From the NCBI GenBank assembly GCA_052168235.1, contig JBQLZK010000032.1:13145-77144 (forward strand): a DNA stretch of 64,000 nt, read 5' to 3'. Positions 34,363 through 47,124 of the stretch are shown here, piece after piece. The translations under genes were made by a program, and so were the position numbers. Within the stretch, counting starts at the first letter, position 1. Each line of letters starts with the position of its first letter. This DNA comes from Thainema sp. GTDB taxonomy: Bacteria; Cyanobacteriota; Cyanobacteriia; Phormidesmidales; Phormidesmidaceae. Below the pieces are notes generated by a model. The model was not told where the DNA came from. It was given only the letters and a program-made list of their open reading frames with translations, and did no database searches.

Positions 34363-35937
34363 TTAACGAATCAGGTCAAACGAGATATCCGTCTTCGCCG
34401 GAATGATCGTCTTGCGATCCAGCTCGTCCAGAATGGTGTTGATAATCCAGTTGAACTGGTTGATCGCACCCTGATAGCCCAACGTCGGATAGCGGTGCAT
34501 GTGGTGCCGATCAAAAATCGGATAGCCAATGCGAACCAGCGGCGTTTTTGTATCCCGCCAGAGGTACTTACCGTAGGAATTACCAATCAGCAGGTCTACT
34601 GGCTCAGTGAACATCAAAGAGCGGAGGTGCCACAGGTCTTTCTTGCCCCAGATGGTAGCTCCTTGGCCGTAGGGGCTGTTAGCTAGTACCTCACGCAGTT
34701 CTGTCTCAAACTGTTCATTCGAGTTGGTGACAACAATGTGGACTGGCTCAGCGCCCATTTCGAGTAAGAACTGGGTAATACCAAACACATGGTCAGGATC
34801 GCCATAGAGGGCAACCCGCTTACCGTGAATCCAAGCTTGGGAATCGGTCAGCGCATCAACTGCACGGCCCCGCTCTTGCTGTAGCTCTTGAGGAATCGCC
34901 TTGCCGGTAACCGCCGACAAAGCCATCAGGAATTCGTCGGTACCCTTAATGCCAAACGGACGGAAGTTGTAGGTTTTCTGGCTCCACTCGGTGGTGATGT
35001 ACTCCTGAGTCTTCGGCGTCGTATACTTCTGGAAGAAGAAAGTACCTTCAGCATTGATGGAATCACCAGCTTCTTCAAGAGTCGTTAATCCGTTGTACAT
35101 CTTGAATTCACCCGTATTGGGAGAATCAAACGTATCGGAGTTGTCCGACAGAATGGTGTAGTCGATGCCGAACAGGTTCAGGATGCGCTTCAGCTCGCGG
35201 ATATTGCCGACGTAGGGATCGAAACCCAGGTTGAAGTTAAACTTACCATTCGTGGTTTCAGCTTTCTTGCCAGCCGTCAGCGTCTTAAGAATGCTGATCA
35301 GCATGTTGTCGTAGCCCGTGATGTGGGAACCAACAAAGCTAGGCGTGTGAGCAGCAGGAACGGGCAAGTCCGCAGGAATCATTTCTTCGTTCTTAGCGGT
35401 CGTAATGTATGCGCCAATGTCATCCCCGATGACTTCCGCCATACAGGTGGTGCAGAGGGCAATCATTTTAGGCTTATACAGCTCGTAAGAGTTCTGCAAA
35501 CCCTGCTTCAGGTTGTTGAGGCCACCAAATACTGCCGCATCTTCTGTCATAGAGGAGGAAACAGCTTGGAACGGCTCTTTGTAGTTACGGGTGAGGTGGG
35601 TGCGGAAGTATGCGACGCAACCTTGAGAACCGTGGCTGTATGGTAGCGTACCTTCAAAACCGGAAGCGACAAACAGGGAACCGAGAGGCTGACAGGCTTT
35701 CGCGGGATTAATAGTCAAAGCTTCCCGAGCGAAATTCTTTTCCCGATATTCCCAGCTTTTCGTCCATTCAGCCACTTCGGCAACTTTTTCAGGGCTATGG
35801 GCACCTTCAAACTGGCGCTTGTACTCAAATAGATCCTGATAGGTATCCGTATGGAACAGATCAAAGTGATCCTGGATCTTACCAACTTCCTCTGCTCCGC
35901 AGGGAGTCGGAATGTTGTTTTCTTCGTTCTGAGTCAT
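34363..35937 (-). CDS. nifK: Nitrogenase MoFe protein beta chain
   Basis: NPAKACQPLG, HGSQGCVAYFR, TTCMAEVIGDD. Confidence 0.98.
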   Translation of the reverse strand: MTQNEENNIPTPCGAEEVGKIQDHFDLFHTDTYQDLFEYKRQFEGAHSPEKVAEVAEWTKSWEYREKNFAREALTINPAKACQPLGSLFVASGFEGTLPYSHGSQGCVAYFRTHLTRNYKEPFQAVSSSMTEDAAVFGGLNNLKQGLQNSYELYKPKMIALCTTCMAEVIGDDIGAYITTAKNEEMIPADLPVPAAHTPSFVGSHITGYDNMLISILKTLTAGKKAETTNGKFNFNLGFDPYVGNIRELKRILNLFGIDYTILSDNSDTFDSPNTGEFKMYNGLTTLEEAGDSINAEGTFFFQKYTTPKTQEYITTEWSQKTYNFRPFGIKGTDEFLMALSAVTGKAIPQELQQERGRAVDALTDSQAWIHGKRVALYGDPDHVFGITQFLLEMGAEPVHIVVTNSNEQFETELREVLANSPYGQGATIWGKKDLWHLRSLMFTEPVDLLIGNSYGKYLWRDTKTPLVRIGYPIFDRHHMHRYPTLGYQGAINQFNWIINTILDELDRKTIIPAKTDISFDLIR

Positions 35938-35952
35938 GATGTTCTCCTGAAG

Positions 35953-36091
35953 GATGAGGGGTGGAGGAGTGAATGAGGGAGAGGAGAGGAATGAGGGGTG
36001 GATGGGTGGGAGCGTGGATGGGTGGGAGAGTCTTAATATTCACTTACTCGCCTATCCATCTACCCATCTACCCACCGACCCATCTACCCGT
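35953..36091. repeat. Inverted pair of octamer tandem repeats (GGATGGGT / CCATCTAC) between nifD and nifK
   Basis: Seen directly; similar tracts at 37551-37582 and 41520-41740. Confidence 0.75.
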
Positions 36092-37537
36092 TTACTCATT
36101 CCAAGGTGCGTTAATCAAATCCCAGGTTGGATTGTTAATCGCGAGATCCATATCGCGGGCGAAGACTTCAAAGCCGTCGTAGCCGTGGTATGGGCCGGAG
36201 TAATCCCAGGAGTGCATCTGACGGAACGGCAGGGCCATCTTCTGGAAGACGTATTTCTCTTTAATACCTGCTGCAATCAGGTCGGGCTTGAGTTGCTTGG
36301 CCAGTTCTTCAAACTCATAGCCGCTGACATCGTCGTAGATAACAGTGCCTTCGTCTACATAGTCGGCGGTGCGCTTGTAGTCGTCGCCGTGGCCAAACTC
36401 ATAGCCAGTACCAATTACTTTCATGCCTAGGTCTTCAAAAGCGGGGATAACGTGGCGGGGGCGCAGACCACCAACCATCATCATCACTTCCTTACCTTCT
36501 AGGCGGGGGCCATATTTTTCAACGACAGCATCCATGCGGGCTTGGTACTTCGCGATCACCCGCTCAGCGTTCTCCTGGATGGTTTCGTCGAACTGAGCGG
36601 CAATCTTGCGGAGTGACTTCGCGATTTGGGTCGGGCCAAAGAAGTTGTACTCGATCCAGCCGATGCCGTACTTCTCTTCCATGAAGCGGCAGATGTAGTT
36701 CATGGAGCGATAGCAGTGGATCAGGTTCAGCTTCGCTAGCGGCGTCATAACCACTTCATTGAAGGTACCGTCACCGGAGAATTGGCAGATGACGCGGAGG
36801 CCAATTTCTTCTAGTAACAAGCGGCTGGGCCAAGCATCTCCACCGATGTTGTAGTCACCGATGATGTTGACATCGTAAGGACCAGGTTCGAACCCTTCGG
36901 GTAGTTTGCGGTATTCATCAGCTTTGGGCAGTACCCAGTCTCGCACGGTGTCGTTGGCGATATGGTGACCCAGGGATTGAGATACACCCCGGAAGCCTTC
37001 GCAGCGAACCGGAACAACGGGCTTGCCGTACTCTTTGGCTTTTTTCTTGGCAACGGCTTCAATGTCGTCTCCGATTAGGCCGACGGGGCATTCTGATTCA
37101 ATGGTGGTGCCTTGGCTGAGCGGGAAGAGTTCTTCGACTTCGTCGATTAGCTTATCTAGCTTTTTGTCGCCACCAAATACAATGTCCCGCTCCTGGAAGT
37201 CGGAGGTGAACTGCATGGTGCCGAAGGTATCGACTCCGGTGGTGCCGATGTAGTAGTTACGACGACCAGACCAGGAGTAGTAGCCGCAACCAACTGGGCC
37301 GTGACTGAGGTGAATCATGTCCTTGACTGGCCCCCAGACCACACCTTTCGCACCTGCATAGGCACAGCCACGGGTGGTCATTACGCCGGGAACAGACTTT
37401 TTGTTGGACTTCACGCCGCAGTCAGAAGCGCCTTCTTCAGTGACGTTCAAGTGCTTGGAGCGGCTCTTTTTAGCTTTTTCAGGATACGCTTCCAGTACTT
37501 CCTGGACGAGCGCTTTTCTGTCTTCTACGGTGGTCAT
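36092..37537 (-). CDS. nifD: Nitrogenase MoFe protein alpha chain (uninterrupted)
   Basis: [30 protein letters not shown]. Confidence 0.98.
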   Translation of the reverse strand: MTTVEDRKALVQEVLEAYPEKAKKSRSKHLNVTEEGASDCGVKSNKKSVPGVMTTRGCAYAGAKGVVWGPVKDMIHLSHGPVGCGYYSWSGRRNYYIGTTGVDTFGTMQFTSDFQERDIVFGGDKKLDKLIDEVEELFPLSQGTTIESECPVGLIGDDIEAVAKKKAKEYGKPVVPVRCEGFRGVSQSLGHHIANDTVRDWVLPKADEYRKLPEGFEPGPYDVNIIGDYNIGGDAWPSRLLLEEIGLRVICQFSGDGTFNEVVMTPLAKLNLIHCYRSMNYICRFMEEKYGIGWIEYNFFGPTQIAKSLRKIAAQFDETIQENAERVIAKYQARMDAVVEKYGPRLEGKEVMMMVGGLRPRHVIPAFEDLGMKVIGTGYEFGHGDDYKRTADYVDEGTVIYDDVSGYEFEELAKQLKPDLIAAGIKEKYVFQKMALPFRQMHSWDYSGPYHGYDGFEVFARDMDLAINNPTWDLINAPWNE

Positions 37538-37648
37538 GATGCCCTCTTAGGTAGGGTGGATGAGTGGATACGATAGGTGGGGAAGGGGCAGAAACCGGGT
37601 TTCCTAGCTAGTTGATGGTTATAGAAACCCGGTTACTAGATCAGGTAA

Positions 37649-38575
<927 letters not shown>

Positions 38576-38696
38576 TCAAAATTCACCAGCCAGGAGGAAT
38601 ATGCAGGTTGAATTCTGTTAGGAGATTGAATCGCAACTTTGGGGTCAGGCCGGAGGCGATCGCCCAAAGTGGATGGGGGTTAGGGTGTTCATGGGG

Positions 38697-38850
38697 AAGT
38701 GAGGAGTGAGAGAGTGAGGAGTGAGGAGTGAGAGAGTGAGGAGTGAAAGAGTGAGGAGTGAAAGAGTGAGGAGTGAGGAGTCAAGAGTAGAGTCAGAATC
38801 AAGGTAAGACGTATATAACGCCTCTCGCCTCTCGCCTCACTCCTCACCTC
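38697..38850. repeat. Heptamer tandem repeat (GAGTGAG) with a complementary tract, between nifU and nifH
   Basis: About 12 GAGTGAG/AGAGTGA-like units followed by CCTCTCG/CTCCTCA units. Confidence 0.8.
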
Positions 38851-38855
38851 TTCCC

Positions 38856-39755
38856 TTACTCAGTTATTTCTTGAACCACTAGGGATGGTAGTACTCGCTC
38901 TTGCAGTTTGGCTTCGATGGCGTATTTCAACGTTGCTGTGCTGCTGGCGCAGGAGCCGCAGGCTCCGCGTAGTTTGACGAGGACGCGATCGCCATCGACA
39001 TCGTGAAGTTCGACATCGCCGCCGTCTGCAATCAAGATGGGACGGATTTCTTCGTCCAGTACCTGCTGGATCAGCATGATTTTTTGAATGGTGGTCATGG
39101 GAGCTGAGGGGCGAGGCTCAGGCTCGATCTCGGCGGCTACGCGGGCGGGCATGGCGGCTCGCTCCTGCTGCACTTCGATCAGGATATCTTCAATGCCAGC
39201 GAGGCAAGACCCACAGCCACCGCCTGCTTTGACGTAATTGGTAACTTGCTCAACGGTCGTTAGGTCGTTCTCGATAACAATGCGGCGAACCCGTGGTTCT
39301 GAGATGCCGTAGCAGGCGCAGATTAGAGTTCCTTCATCGTCTTCGTGATGCTCAACTTCGATGCCGCGATACTTGTAAATCGCTGCTTCTAGCGCCTCTT
39401 GCCCCATGACGGAACAGTGCATTTTCGCTTCTGGCAAACCGCCCAGATAATCAGCAATATCTTGATTGGAGATATTGAGCGCTTCGTCGAGGGTTTTACC
39501 TTTAATGATTTCTGTCAGTGCCGAAGAAGACGCGATCGCACTGGTGCAGCCAAAGGTTTGAAAGCTAGCATCCAGAATCTGATCTGCTGATACCTGGATT
39601 TTGAGATGCAGTCTGAGCGCATCACCGCAGGCAATACTGCCCACTTCGCCGTAAACGACCGCTACATCAGTTTCACTGGGATCTGCATCTGCGATCGCGC
39701 CTTGGTTTACGGGATTGTAGAACAGTTCGAGTACTTTTTCGGAATAGTCCCACAT
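38856..39755 (-). CDS. nifU: Fe-S scaffold NifU
   Basis: GSIACGD, FGCTSA, KMHCS, CACY, GGCGSC, GACGSC. Confidence 0.97.
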   Translation of the reverse strand: MWDYSEKVLELFYNPVNQGAIADADPSETDVAVVYGEVGSIACGDALRLHLKIQVSADQILDASFQTFGCTSAIASSSALTEIIKGKTLDEALNISNQDIADYLGGLPEAKMHCSVMGQEALEAAIYKYRGIEVEHHEDDEGTLICACYGISEPRVRRIVIENDLTTVEQVTNYVKAGGGCGSCLAGIEDILIEVQQERAAMPARVAAEIEPEPRPSAPMTTIQKIMLIQQVLDEEIRPILIADGGDVELHDVDGDRVLVKLRGACGSCASSTATLKYAIEAKLQERVLPSLVVQEITE

Positions 39756-39836
39756 GGCAGTTTCAGGGGTAGAGGGTTAGGGTGGATAAGGTAGGTTTTG
39801 TAGGGGCAAATGGCCATTTGCCCCTACCGTGCGTAA

Positions 39837-41030
39837 CTAAGACACAACAGCAACGTTTCGTTCTTGCAGCCAGTCGGCTTGGTCGTTGTTAAAGGGAGAG
39901 AGTGCCCGTAGTTTTTCGACGATGCCGGGCATTACCGCTAACACGTGCTGGATGTCGTTTTCAGTGGTGAAGCGGGAGAGGCTGAAGCGGATCGAGCCAT
40001 GCAGGATGGTGTAGGGTAGTCCCATTGCGGTCAGGACGTGGGATGGGTCGAGGGAGCCGGAGGTGCAGGCGGAGCCAGAGGAAGCACAGATTTCGTGCTT
40101 GTTGAGCATGAATAGGATCGCTTCGCCTTCAATGTACTTAAAGCCGATATTGGTGGTGTTGGGCAAGCGCTCGGTACCGCCGCCATTTACGTCACAGTCT
40201 GGAATTAACTCCAGTAGCTGCTTTTCGAGTAAGTCGCGCAGCCAGCGCTCCCGATCCACATTTTGTAGGTGTTTCTGAGCTAGTTCCGCTGCTTTGCCGA
40301 GCGCTACAATTCCCGGTACATTGTGGGTTCCAGCTCGCCGCCCGCGCTCTTGGTGTCCCCCCAGGAGGAACGGACGGAACCGGAAACCGCGCCGCACATA
40401 AAGCGCACCGATGCCCTTGGGCGCATGGAGCTTATGTCCAGACAACGTCAGCAGGTCAATTGTGCTGTTACTCAAATCAATGGGCACTTTACCCACGGCC
40501 TGCACGGCATCGACGTGGAATGTTGCGCCATATTCTTTTGCGATCGCGCCAATTTGTTCGATTGGAAAAATCACGCCCGTCTCGTTATTGGCGTACATGG
40601 TGGTGACGAGCGCTGTACCGCCTGTCATGGCCGCTTCAACTTCCATCATGTCAAGCTGACCACGCTTATCGACGGATAGATAAGTAACGGTGTAACCTTT
40701 CTTTTCTAAATGCTTGCATACGTTAAGGATAGCCGGATGCTCGACTGCCGTAGTGACGATATGGCGCTTTTCGGGCTGGGCCGCAAGAGCCGCATGGATG
40801 GCTGTATTATTGCCTTCACTGCCGCAGCTATTGAAGATAATTTCGGTATCTTCAGCCCCAAGCAGCGCCGCCACTTGCTCTCTGGCCTGTTGAACTACCG
40901 CACCAACCTGGCCACCAAAGCTGTGCATTGACGAGGGATTCCCGTAAAGGTCGCTTAAATAAGGCAGCATCGCCTCCAGCACTTCCGGATCAACCTGAGT
41001 TGTGGCGTTGTTATCCAAATAAATGACCAT
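39837..41030 (-). CDS. nifS: Cysteine desulfurase NifS
   Basis: YLDNNATT, SGHKLH, SSGSACTS. Confidence 0.97.
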   Translation of the reverse strand: MVIYLDNNATTQVDPEVLEAMLPYLSDLYGNPSSMHSFGGQVGAVVQQAREQVAALLGAEDTEIIFNSCGSEGNNTAIHAALAAQPEKRHIVTTAVEHPAILNVCKHLEKKGYTVTYLSVDKRGQLDMMEVEAAMTGGTALVTTMYANNETGVIFPIEQIGAIAKEYGATFHVDAVQAVGKVPIDLSNSTIDLLTLSGHKLHAPKGIGALYVRRGFRFRPFLLGGHQERGRRAGTHNVPGIVALGKAAELAQKHLQNVDRERWLRDLLEKQLLELIPDCDVNGGGTERLPNTTNIGFKYIEGEAILFMLNKHEICASSGSACTSGSLDPSHVLTAMGLPYTILHGSIRFSLSRFTTENDIQHVLAVMPGIVEKLRALSPFNNDQADWLQERNVAVVS

Positions 41031-41075
41031 TACTTCATCTCCGCAGTGAAAACAAATGTGGGCTGGTATTAAAGG

Positions 41076-41492
41076 CTAGGAACAGGTTTCGGGCTGGTAT
41101 GAGGCGTGGTGAGCAGCCTGCAAATTCTTTAGCGTTTTGGCATAGGTCTCAAACCACTGACGCCAATAGCTTGACTGCTGATTGTCGGCTTGTTTCCCTT
41201 TCAGTCGCGCCACCATGCGGGTGTAAGACTCGAACCACGTTCTCCAATATTCATTCAGCGGTTCAGTTCTAGATGCCAGCAGGACGGCTTCAACTTCTGT
41301 AGTTAGGGCAATACAGCCTTCATTAGTCGGACAAACCGCCCAGCACTGGGGCACTCCATATGAGCCTTCACACTGATTACAGCGATTGATATCAATCCAG
41401 AAACTCATTCCGTCAGTTTGAATCGCTCCCGTAGGGCAAGCAGAGTAACAGCGCTGACAACTAATACAGTCACTTGTAATGGTGTAGGTCAT
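41076..41492 (-). CDS. fdxN: Ferredoxin FdxN
   Basis: CISCQRCYSACP, CNQC...CWAVCP; located between nifB and nifS. Confidence 0.9.
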   Translation of the reverse strand: MTYTITSDCISCQRCYSACPTGAIQTDGMSFWIDINRCNQCEGSYGVPQCWAVCPTNEGCIALTTEVEAVLLASRTEPLNEYWRTWFESYTRMVARLKGKQADNQQSSYWRQWFETYAKTLKNLQAAHHASYQPETCS

Positions 41493-41726
41493 GGCTCAGT
41501 TCCTCGTGGTGTGTAAGGGAGAGGCGGGAGAGTGGGAGAGTAGATGGGTGGATGAGTGGGAGGGTGGATGAGTGGGAGGGTAGATGAGTGGATGAGGTGT
41601 TAAGTATGAGATTTTAGGCATTAAGTTTTGGGTTGCAGATGTTGCCTTTTGACTGGCACCCAGTACCCTTCTACCTATCTACCCATCCACTCTCTTACCC
41701 ATCTACCCATCTACCCATCCACCCAT

Positions 41727-43214
41727 CTACCCATCTACCAAAACCTGTTCGTCATAAAACTGCCGTGCGACCGTTTCAATCACGTCGTAGGCTTCAATCA
41801 CGGTCAATCCGGCTTTCTGTAGCTCTTTCTGGGGGCAGGGGCCAACTTTGGCCGCTAGAATCGCTTTACAGTCAGCGATGGTCTTGATGATGCCGTCGAG
41901 AGCCGCCTCTTCGCCGTAGCCGCCTTGGCAGTAGTCAGCGACTTTGCGGTGGCCGATGAACTTGGCTTCGGTGGCATCGACTTCGTAAATCATGAACTCT
42001 TTGGCGTGACCAAAATGCTGATTTACTAAGCCACCGCCTTTAGTTGCAACAGCAACAAGGACTTTGGGACTTGCCTGGACAGTTGAAGAGCCATTTGCGC
42101 CAACGGCTGCCTTTTTCTTTTCTGCAACGGCGGCACGGGTTTGCTCGATGTTGAGATGAATGGCCTGTCGGGTTTCTAGGCTATAGTCTGCCGACATCTC
42201 CATGAATTTCTCTTTGGTAAATTCTTGGCTGCGGTCTTCACCTAACAGACCGACGGCATCTGCTCGGCACTGGCGACAGTGGCGCATCAGTTTCATGTTG
42301 CCGGAGCACTTGTCTTGAACGGTTTTTAGCTCCTTGGGGTTAGGTCCACGTTGACCGTTTAGACCAAAGTACGTGCCGTGCTCCGGTGCCGAGATCAGGG
42401 GCATAATGTTATGCAAAAATGCGCCTCGTTCCCGGATAGCTTTATTCACTTCTGGCATGTGCTCATCGTTGATGCCAGGAATCAAAACGGAGTTCACTTT
42501 ACAGAGAATATCGGCTTCTTGCAGAGCCTGTAAGCCTTCCATCTGCCGCTCATGCAGGATTTTTACTCCTTCAATGCCGCGATAGCGACGACGGCGGTAG
42601 TGAACCCAGGGATAAATCTTTTCACCAATTTCCGGGTCAACCATATTAATGGTGATCGTGACGTGATCAACATTGAGTTGTTTAATCCGGTCTACATAAT
42701 CCGGCAGCATCAAGCCATTGGTCGAGAGGCAGAGCTTGATATCCGGTGCTTTGTCGGCAATGAGTTCGAAAGTACGGAAAGTTTTCTCTGGATTCGCTAA
42801 TGGATCGCCAGGGCCAGCAATGCCCAGTACCGTCATTTGAGGAATCTTGCCTGCGACCACTAATACTTTATGAGCCGCTTCTTCAGGCGTTAACAGTTCG
42901 CTAACCACGCCGGGACGGCTTTCGTTCGCGCAGTCGTATTTACGATTGCAGTAGTTACATTGGATATTGCAAGCGGGTGCAACAGCAACGTGCATCCGGG
43001 CATAGTGGTGATGGGCTTCTTCGCTGTAGCAGGGATGCTTCTCGATACGAGCCTTCATTGACTCACTTAGGCCAGTAGCAGTGTCGTTTTTACTGCTACA
43101 GCCGCAGCCGCCGCCAGACTTTTTGACTTCAACTTTTGTTTTAGTCAATGTAATGTCCAGCTCGGGCGTCGCAGCAGGCGCGGAAGCAAGGGCAGAGGGT
43201 GGCGGTGGCGTCAT
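41727..43214 (-). CDS. nifB: Radical SAM FeMo-co biosynthesis protein NifB
   Basis: [23 protein letters not shown]-terminal NifX-like domain. Confidence 0.98.
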   Translation of the reverse strand: MTPPPPSALASAPAATPELDITLTKTKVEVKKSGGGCGCSSKNDTATGLSESMKARIEKHPCYSEEAHHHYARMHVAVAPACNIQCNYCNRKYDCANESRPGVVSELLTPEEAAHKVLVVAGKIPQMTVLGIAGPGDPLANPEKTFRTFELIADKAPDIKLCLSTNGLMLPDYVDRIKQLNVDHVTITINMVDPEIGEKIYPWVHYRRRRYRGIEGVKILHERQMEGLQALQEADILCKVNSVLIPGINDEHMPEVNKAIRERGAFLHNIMPLISAPEHGTYFGLNGQRGPNPKELKTVQDKCSGNMKLMRHCRQCRADAVGLLGEDRSQEFTKEKFMEMSADYSLETRQAIHLNIEQTRAAVAEKKKAAVGANGSSTVQASPKVLVAVATKGGGLVNQHFGHAKEFMIYEVDATEAKFIGHRKVADYCQGGYGEEAALDGIIKTIADCKAILAAKVGPCPQKELQKAGLTVIEAYDVIETVARQFYDEQVLVDG

Positions 43215-43635
43215 TGTTTTTGGTGTAGTAAGGGGCAGGACAGCAATAAAAAGGAAGCAGTGGAAAAAAGAAAGAGAGAAGAAAGAGTGGCGCTACATCA
43301 ACTAACCGCATCAATACTGTAAACACAGTTGCTTTTCTACAAGGCCAACTTAGCTGTAGACCAAAAATGAGAGACTAGATGATGCAGCGCGTGTGGTTTT
43401 AAGAGAGTGCTATGCCTTATCCGATGACCTGAATTTGTTGATAGTGCTTAGCTGAATTAACGGAATCAAACAGACATGATTCAAATAAATAAAGGTGCTC
43501 TAACCGAGCCGATTGATCAGGTCTGAATTGATTCCACCGATTTCAACTAACTCTCAAAGACTGGTTGCTCGGCGTTGAACGATTTATAGCAATGGGGCTA
43601 GGACGTGCTTTGTCAAAATGCCCGATAAAGTTTAT

Positions 43636-44493
43636 TGAGTAATTAACGCTGTACTCAACCGCTGTAACACCTATCAATTCGCAATCAAAAATATTTTTAG
43701 GGTCAGGGCACTAGTCTTTTACGAAGGGAGGACTAGTATTTTTTTCACTCGGCCCGATCATTACTGTACTCAGCGCTATTCGCTACACCACAAGGATTTG
43801 GCGCAGTTTAAGTACACTTCAAAAAGAGTTGCCGCTGAGTACTCAAATGGACTGATTCTGATAAATTAGCTACAAAATAAATTGGATTGTTTAACAGTCT
43901 AAATCATCGTCTGTATCAGTTCTTTCAATTTCATGATTTCTTTAGTAACAAGCCGCACTTTTTTGTGTTAAACAATGTAACAGTAGCAAGTTGAGCTTTA
44001 GTGACGCTAGGTCTAGATCTCGTTTGTTTGGGGATGATGCGATCGCAAATAGCACTACTCGTATTCCCACTCATCGTGAATCACTCATATTGAATTTAGA
44101 CAGGGATTAGATAGAAATAGGTGCGGCAGCGAATGACCCTCTTTGAGTGTTGGTGCCTTGAATAGCTTACAAAAATCATTATCGGATTCCTACTAGCCAA
44201 TAGTTGTTAAGGAATGCTGAATTAAATCGAAGGGTTTTAGCATAGCCTGCTACAGTTTCTTTTATAAGACTATGATTACTGCAATCTAAATACTCATTTT
44301 GAGTACAATAGCGGCTGGTTTTCGCATCAGCTCAATCGCCGCTCAGGTCTTTGTATACCAGTGCTTCCGCCTGAGTACAGAATACTTGTACCTAGTCTTA
44401 GAAATACCTGTACATCCATCTCAAAATACTCGTCCCCTGTACCCAAAGAAATCTCAAATCCTCGTCTCTAATGGGTTTGAGCGATTGAGTACA
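43636..44493. promoter_or_regulatory. Divergent nifB/nifP promoter region with repeated TGAGTACA-like motifs (candidate CnfR-responsive elements)
   Basis: TGTACTCA at 43650 and 43765; TGAGTACTCA at 43836; TGAGTACA at 44300, 44372 and 44486. Confidence 0.65.
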
Positions 44494-44588
44494 GCAGTAA
44501 TTACTTTATTAAGTCTGGATTAGAGCAGTGCAATTTCTGGGCCTAACGGTCGCTTGCTATAAGCAGGTAAACACAGCCCTGCGGAACC

Positions 44589-45359
44589 ATGTCACTCTAT
44601 CTACCCCATCCCTTAATTCAGCCCGTACTCAACTGGTTCAACCAGTTAGAACAGCAGATTCCTCTCTTCGAAGACTTCGCAATTATCTTCAAGCGTGATC
44701 CGGCTGCCCGTGGTTGGGTCGAAGTCCTCTGCTGCTATCCCGGTCTACATGCGATCGCAGCTCATCGGTTAGCCCACTGGTTACACAATCGCGGCATCAA
44801 ATTCTTTCCTCGCTTCATTTCCCATCTGAGTCGCTTTTTTACCGGGATTGAAATTCATCCCGGTGCCCAGCTGGGGCGCGGTGTGTTTATTGACCACGGC
44901 ATGGGGGTGGTGATTGGCGAAACCGCCATTGTGGGTGACTATACGCTGATCTATCAGGGCGTTACCCTGGGCGGCACCGGCAAAGAAACGGGGAAGCGTC
45001 ACCCCACCATCGGCCAGGGCGTCGTGATTGGCACTGGGGCGAAGGTGCTGGGCAACATTCACATTGGTGATCATGCCCGCATTGGTGCGGGTTCCGTCGT
45101 TCTGCGCCAGGTGCCAGCTAACTGCACTGCCGTTGGCATCCCGAATCGCAACGTCTGTCGATGCAACACCGCAGCAGCACCGCTAGAGCATGGCCAGCTA
45201 CCCGATGCCGAAGCCGCTACCGTCCGCCTCTTACTCGATCGCATCGAAGCCCTAGAAACTCAAGTTCAACGTCTCTCCCTCTCCCACGCCTACTCTCCTA
45301 CTCCCTTACCCTCTATTCTTCCACCACTGCCCACTCTGGAGTATCAGCATCATGAATAA
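44589..45359 (+). CDS. cysE: Serine O-acetyltransferase (NifP/CysE)
   Basis: [22 protein letters not shown]. Confidence 0.95.
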   Translation: MSLYLPHPLIQPVLNWFNQLEQQIPLFEDFAIIFKRDPAARGWVEVLCCYPGLHAIAAHRLAHWLHNRGIKFFPRFISHLSRFFTGIEIHPGAQLGRGVFIDHGMGVVIGETAIVGDYTLIYQGVTLGGTGKETGKRHPTIGQGVVIGTGAKVLGNIHIGDHARIGAGSVVLRQVPANCTAVGIPNRNVCRCNTAAAPLEHGQLPDAEAATVRLLLDRIEALETQVQRLSLSHAYSPTPLPSILPPLPTLEYQHHE

Positions 45360-45630
45360 CATAAATAAACCGATATCCACTGGCCCAACCTGCAGCCAGA
45401 TTGTATCTGTGCGCCGGTGCGATCGCTGGTCTATCTATCACCGCCTAAAAGAACTGGGTATTCCTTGCACCTGTCCAGCAGACGGTACGCTGCGCGTTGA
45501 TGTGAATCATGCAGTAGCTCTAGTACTGGTTCACAGCACCGTCCGCCAGTTTATGACCTCCCGCCGCGAAAGCGTTGACTGGCTAGAACGCTGCTGGCAA
45601 ACCCAGGAAGCGTGTCAGGTTGATCATTAG
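45352..45630 (+). CDS. Asr1405/Asl0597 family protein
   Basis: [16 protein letters not shown]...WLERCW. Confidence 0.8.
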   Translation: MNNINKPISTGPTCSQIVSVRRCDRWSIYHRLKELGIPCTCPADGTLRVDVNHAVALVLVHSTVRQFMTSRRESVDWLERCWQTQEACQVDH

Positions 45631-45724
45631 CCTATTCTTATCCACCTATTCTCACCAATGTCCTTTCTATCTTTACTAATGCAATTTCACAGACTGCAAG
45701 ATCCCCTCTGCCCCCCTTAATAAG

Positions 45725-45890
45725 CTACTGCTTATACACATCCTAAATAGTCCTTCTAAATCCCGGACTGATCCCCCTAAATCCCCTTTAATAAAGGGGG
45801 AACTTTGAGCCAGTCCCCCCCTTTTTAAGGGGGGCTAGGGGGGATCTCAACGCCGAAACGAAGCCTAGAAGACTTATGTATAAACAGTAG
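45725..45890. mobile_element. Family B MITE with an exact 9-bp TSD
   Basis: CTTAATAAG on both sides (45716-45724 and 45891-45899). Confidence 0.88.
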
Positions 45891-45977
45891 CTTAATAAGG
45901 GGGATGGCGATAGCCGGGGGAGCTCATCCCTAGTCCACCTTTTCCTTATCTATCATTAACCCCACTGGAGTTATTTT

Positions 45978-46520
45978 ATGACCACTCAAACCCTGGTTCG
46001 TGCTTTTGGTGAAGTTGGTAGCAATCCAATTGGCCTCGAAAAAGACGTAACGATCACGGTATGCGAAGGACTCAATCTGGCTTATGCCAGCTTTCAAGCC
46101 CTTTATCTGCAGTACCAGAAGCACCACTTTGTTGTAGAAGGCACAGAATTCTATTCTCTGCATGAGTTTTTCCAAGAAAGCTACGATGCCACTCAAAGTC
46201 ATGCTCACGATGTAGCTGAGCGGCTGAATGGGCTAGGTGGCATACCAGCAGGCACGTTTGCCACCCTAGCAGAACTCTGCTGCTTTACTCCAGAACCCGA
46301 CGGAGCTTATACCTGCCGCCACATGGTTGAAAATGACCTAGCGGCAGAACAAGAAATTATTACCCTGCTGCGCCGTTTGGCGGCTCAGGCTGAAAGCGTT
46401 AGCGATCGCGCTACTCGCTATCTTTACGAAGAAATTCTGCTCAAGACTGAAGACCGAGCGTTCCACCTCGATCACTTCCTGACTACTGATAGCCTCACCT
46501 TGGCCTTTATCAAACAGTAA
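45978..46520 (+). CDS. dps: Dps family DNA protection/ferritin-like protein
   Basis: [24 protein letters not shown]. Confidence 0.93.
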   Translation: MTTQTLVRAFGEVGSNPIGLEKDVTITVCEGLNLAYASFQALYLQYQKHHFVVEGTEFYSLHEFFQESYDATQSHAHDVAERLNGLGGIPAGTFATLAELCCFTPEPDGAYTCRHMVENDLAAEQEIITLLRRLAAQAESVSDRATRYLYEEILLKTEDRAFHLDHFLTTDSLTLAFIKQ

Positions 46521-46705
46521 TATCAGGTCTGGTTGAAAACCCATAATTCATTTTTTGTGAAACGTTTGCTCCGCAAACATTTCACAAAAAATGAACTGGG
46601 TTCTTACACACAGACTTGAGATAATCCAGATTTCGATCTGGATGTAGCGTCTGGTCTTCGCTTCGTCTTGGCAGAATTATCCGACGTTACAGGAGCATTT
46701 CCCCT

Positions 46706-46840
46706 ATGTTTTCTTATCTGATTGTATTTGGATTCTTTGCTGTCGTTGCCTGGGCACATCAGCTATTTCTCAATCAACTGTTGCCAGATAGCTACCCTAC
46801 CTCAGACAGTACACAGCACCACCAAACCATTAAAGAGTAA
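46706..46840 (+). CDS. Candidate 44-aa membrane microprotein
   Basis: AGGAG ~10 nt upstream; MFSYLIVFGFFAVVAWAHQLFLNQLLPDSYPTSDSTQHHQTIKE. Confidence 0.45.
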   Translation: MFSYLIVFGFFAVVAWAHQLFLNQLLPDSYPTSDSTQHHQTIKE

Positions 46841-46880
46841 GAAGCTCGCTTGAATGTTTTGAAAGCTTGGCTAGGCCAAG

Positions 46881-47045
46881 GTATGTGTTTAGCGTAGTTG
46901 TACGATCCCCCGCTGTCGCCGCCCCCTTGAAAAAGGGGCTATACCACCGCTAGCTCAAAGTCCCCCTTTTTCTAGGCGAAGCCATGCCCAAAAGGCCATA
47001 GGGGGATTTAGGGGGATCTGTCAGAGTGTTTCGCTAAACAAGGAC
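46881..47045. mobile_element. Family C 165-bp MITE with an 8-bp TSD
   Basis: AGGCCAAG on both sides; imperfect TIRs GTATGTGTTTAGCG / CGCTAAACAAGGAC. Confidence 0.8.
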
Positions 47046-47124
47046 AGGCCAAGCTTTCAAAACAATAAATTGGATTCTGATCCACGAATTGGATATAAGC
47101 TCGATGTCACCACTGGAGGCTGCC

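Noticed and set aside
38697..38785. Regular repeats as a possible CRISPR array
   Set aside because: They are 7-bp tandem units with no spacers, and there are no cas genes.
41076..41300. Duplicated YWxxWFExY tail on FdxN as a novelty
   Set aside because: As I recall, similar extensions are usual in cyanobacterial FdxN.
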